16,671 bases of DNA from Promethearchaeota archaeon (lineage in GTDB: Archaea > Asgardarchaeota > Lokiarchaeia > Sigyniarchaeales > SOKP01). The position numbers and the translations under genes were made by a program. The DNA is taken from contig JBHLMQ010000027.1 in NCBI GenBank assembly GCA_048938005.1, positions 1-16,671 of the forward strand. The letters run 5' to 3'. The notes beneath the pieces are model-generated. The model was not told the origin of the DNA, ran no database searches, and worked only from the letters and a program-made list of their open reading frames with translations. Shown in pieces: positions 15,713 through 16,671 of the stretch (its first letter is position 1; every line of letters starts with the position of its first letter).

Positions 15713-16570
15713 CTACATTTTTAAAACAAATATATCTAAAACTACATGAAATAAATTCGGACCATAGCTTTTAACAAATCTATGCGATTTTAACTCACAT
15801 TTATAGCTTTCTTTCTGAGCGATTTCCTTAAATTCTTCAAATAGGGCTATATAATTATCCTTCTCTACCACTCCTTCATAATGAAACATTGTTCCTTTAT
15901 TATTTACTAAAGTTAATGCCTCCTTAATGTACTCTTTTGGTGCCGGGAAAACCCCCATGATTATTCTGTTGGCTCTAATTCCAGATTTACTAAGTTTTAA
16001 AACTTCAACTTTGCAATTTCCTTTGATTGGTATAATACTATTCTCTAAATGATTTATCCTAATGTTTTCCACTAAAAATTTATATGATACAGGGTTAAAC
16101 TCAATGCTATATATTTTGTCTACTGAAGAATGTTTTGCAATGGGTAATGAAAAATATCCAATCCCTGCAAACATGTCCACAATGACTTCTCCACTTTGAA
16201 CAAGCGTAGCGAGATGTTTTCTTTCATTAACATTTCCCTTACTAAACATGATTTTCGTTATATCAAATCTATAAATTATATCATGCTCTTTATGTTCAAC
16301 AATAGGATTATTTTCTCCCGCAATAAATTCGATTTTTTCTGGTTCTCTAAAAGTTCCTACTATTCTACCTCTATTAACATAAACAGATTTGATTCTAGGG
16401 AATAATTCCAAACAGGCTTCTCCAATTAATTTTCCTTTTTCAAAAAGTTTTGGATTGAGCTTTAAAATTATTACTTTCCCTAAAGTTTGAAATCCTCTCG
16501 GAAGTATTGAAAGCTCTTCTTCTGTCAATTCTCCTTGTAGTTCTTCTTTTAATTTATCTTTAAAACCCAT
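15713..16570 (-). CDS. taw2: Taw2/TYW2-type tRNA(Phe) wyosine-pathway aminocarboxypropyltransferase (Trm5/Met-10+ family)
   Basis: G.FREP, FDITKIMFSKGNVNER, VDMFAGIGYFSLP and EFNP. RIIMG and HYE are Taw2-like rather than the NLP motif of Trm5. Confidence 0.8.
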   Translation of the reverse strand: MGFKDKLKEELQGELTEEELSILPRGFQTLGKVIILKLNPKLFEKGKLIGEACLELFPRIKSVYVNRGRIVGTFREPEKIEFIAGENNPIVEHKEHDIIYRFDITKIMFSKGNVNERKHLATLVQSGEVIVDMFAGIGYFSLPIAKHSSVDKIYSIEFNPVSYKFLVENIRINHLENSIIPIKGNCKVEVLKLSKSGIRANRIIMGVFPAPKEYIKEALTLVNNKGTMFHYEGVVEKDNYIALFEEFKEIAQKESYKCELKSHRFVKSYGPNLFHVVLDIFVLKM

Positions 16571-16671
16571 TAATCTTCAAAAGTGTAAATTATTTTAAAT
16601 AAGAACTTATAGTGATTCAAGTTAAATTATTATATAATAATAAATCAATCATATTATAATATAGGAAAATT

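Noticed and set aside
8702-16405. Short ORFs 8702-8890, 9166-9417, 10605-10898, 11592-11783, 12260-12505, 14430-14672, 15396-15578 and 16196-16405
   Set aside because: All overlap confidently identified genes on the opposite strand and show no independent coding signal.
16626-16662. Perfect palindromes ATTATTATATAATAAT (16626-16641) and ATATTATAATAT (16651-16662); a similar AATAATATTATT near 5053-5064
   Set aside because: They are A/T-only palindromes in extremely AT-rich intergenic DNA and are expected by chance or as overlapping TATA elements.
1-16671. CRISPR array, tRNA/rRNA, IS elements or long tandem repeats
   Set aside because: I saw no regularly spaced repeats, GC-rich structured RNA islands, transposase or integrase ORFs, or terminal inverted repeats. 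All intergenic gaps are under about 250 nt and very AT-rich.

Overview
An AT-rich (roughly 27-30% GC by eye), gene-dense archaeal chromosomal window. It is most likely from an Asgard archaeon (Lokiarchaeia-like), inferred from a stand-alone gelsolin-domain gene, an IFT52/GIFT-like protein, Taw2/Trm11-type tRNA enzymes and TATA-type promoters. I find 17 CDS, two of them absent from the supplied ORF track: a HerA-like gene truncated by the window edge (<1-449) and a 59-aa Cys4 microprotein (3415-3594). The recognisable genes are a UvrD/PcrA helicase, YkgJ-like Cys-cluster protein, URO-D/MtaA-like protein, ICMT-like membrane protein, PfpI, a PIMT-like protein, rhomboid, Nth, a Trm11-like methyltransferase and Taw2. 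I saw no rRNA, tRNA, CRISPR array or mobile element. The most interesting signals are in protein architecture: a cytosolic 703-aa protein whose N-terminus reads like an adaptin mu-homology domain; a UvrD ending in a RadA/RAD51-type FxxA motif (possible anti-recombinase); a small helical protein ending in a proteasome-gating HbYX motif; a GIFT domain fused to a ribbon-helix-helix; a degenerate PIMT with a helical extension; and a catalytically dead Mrr-fold gene paired with the Cys4 microprotein. All family calls come from reading motifs by eye, and no database search was run.
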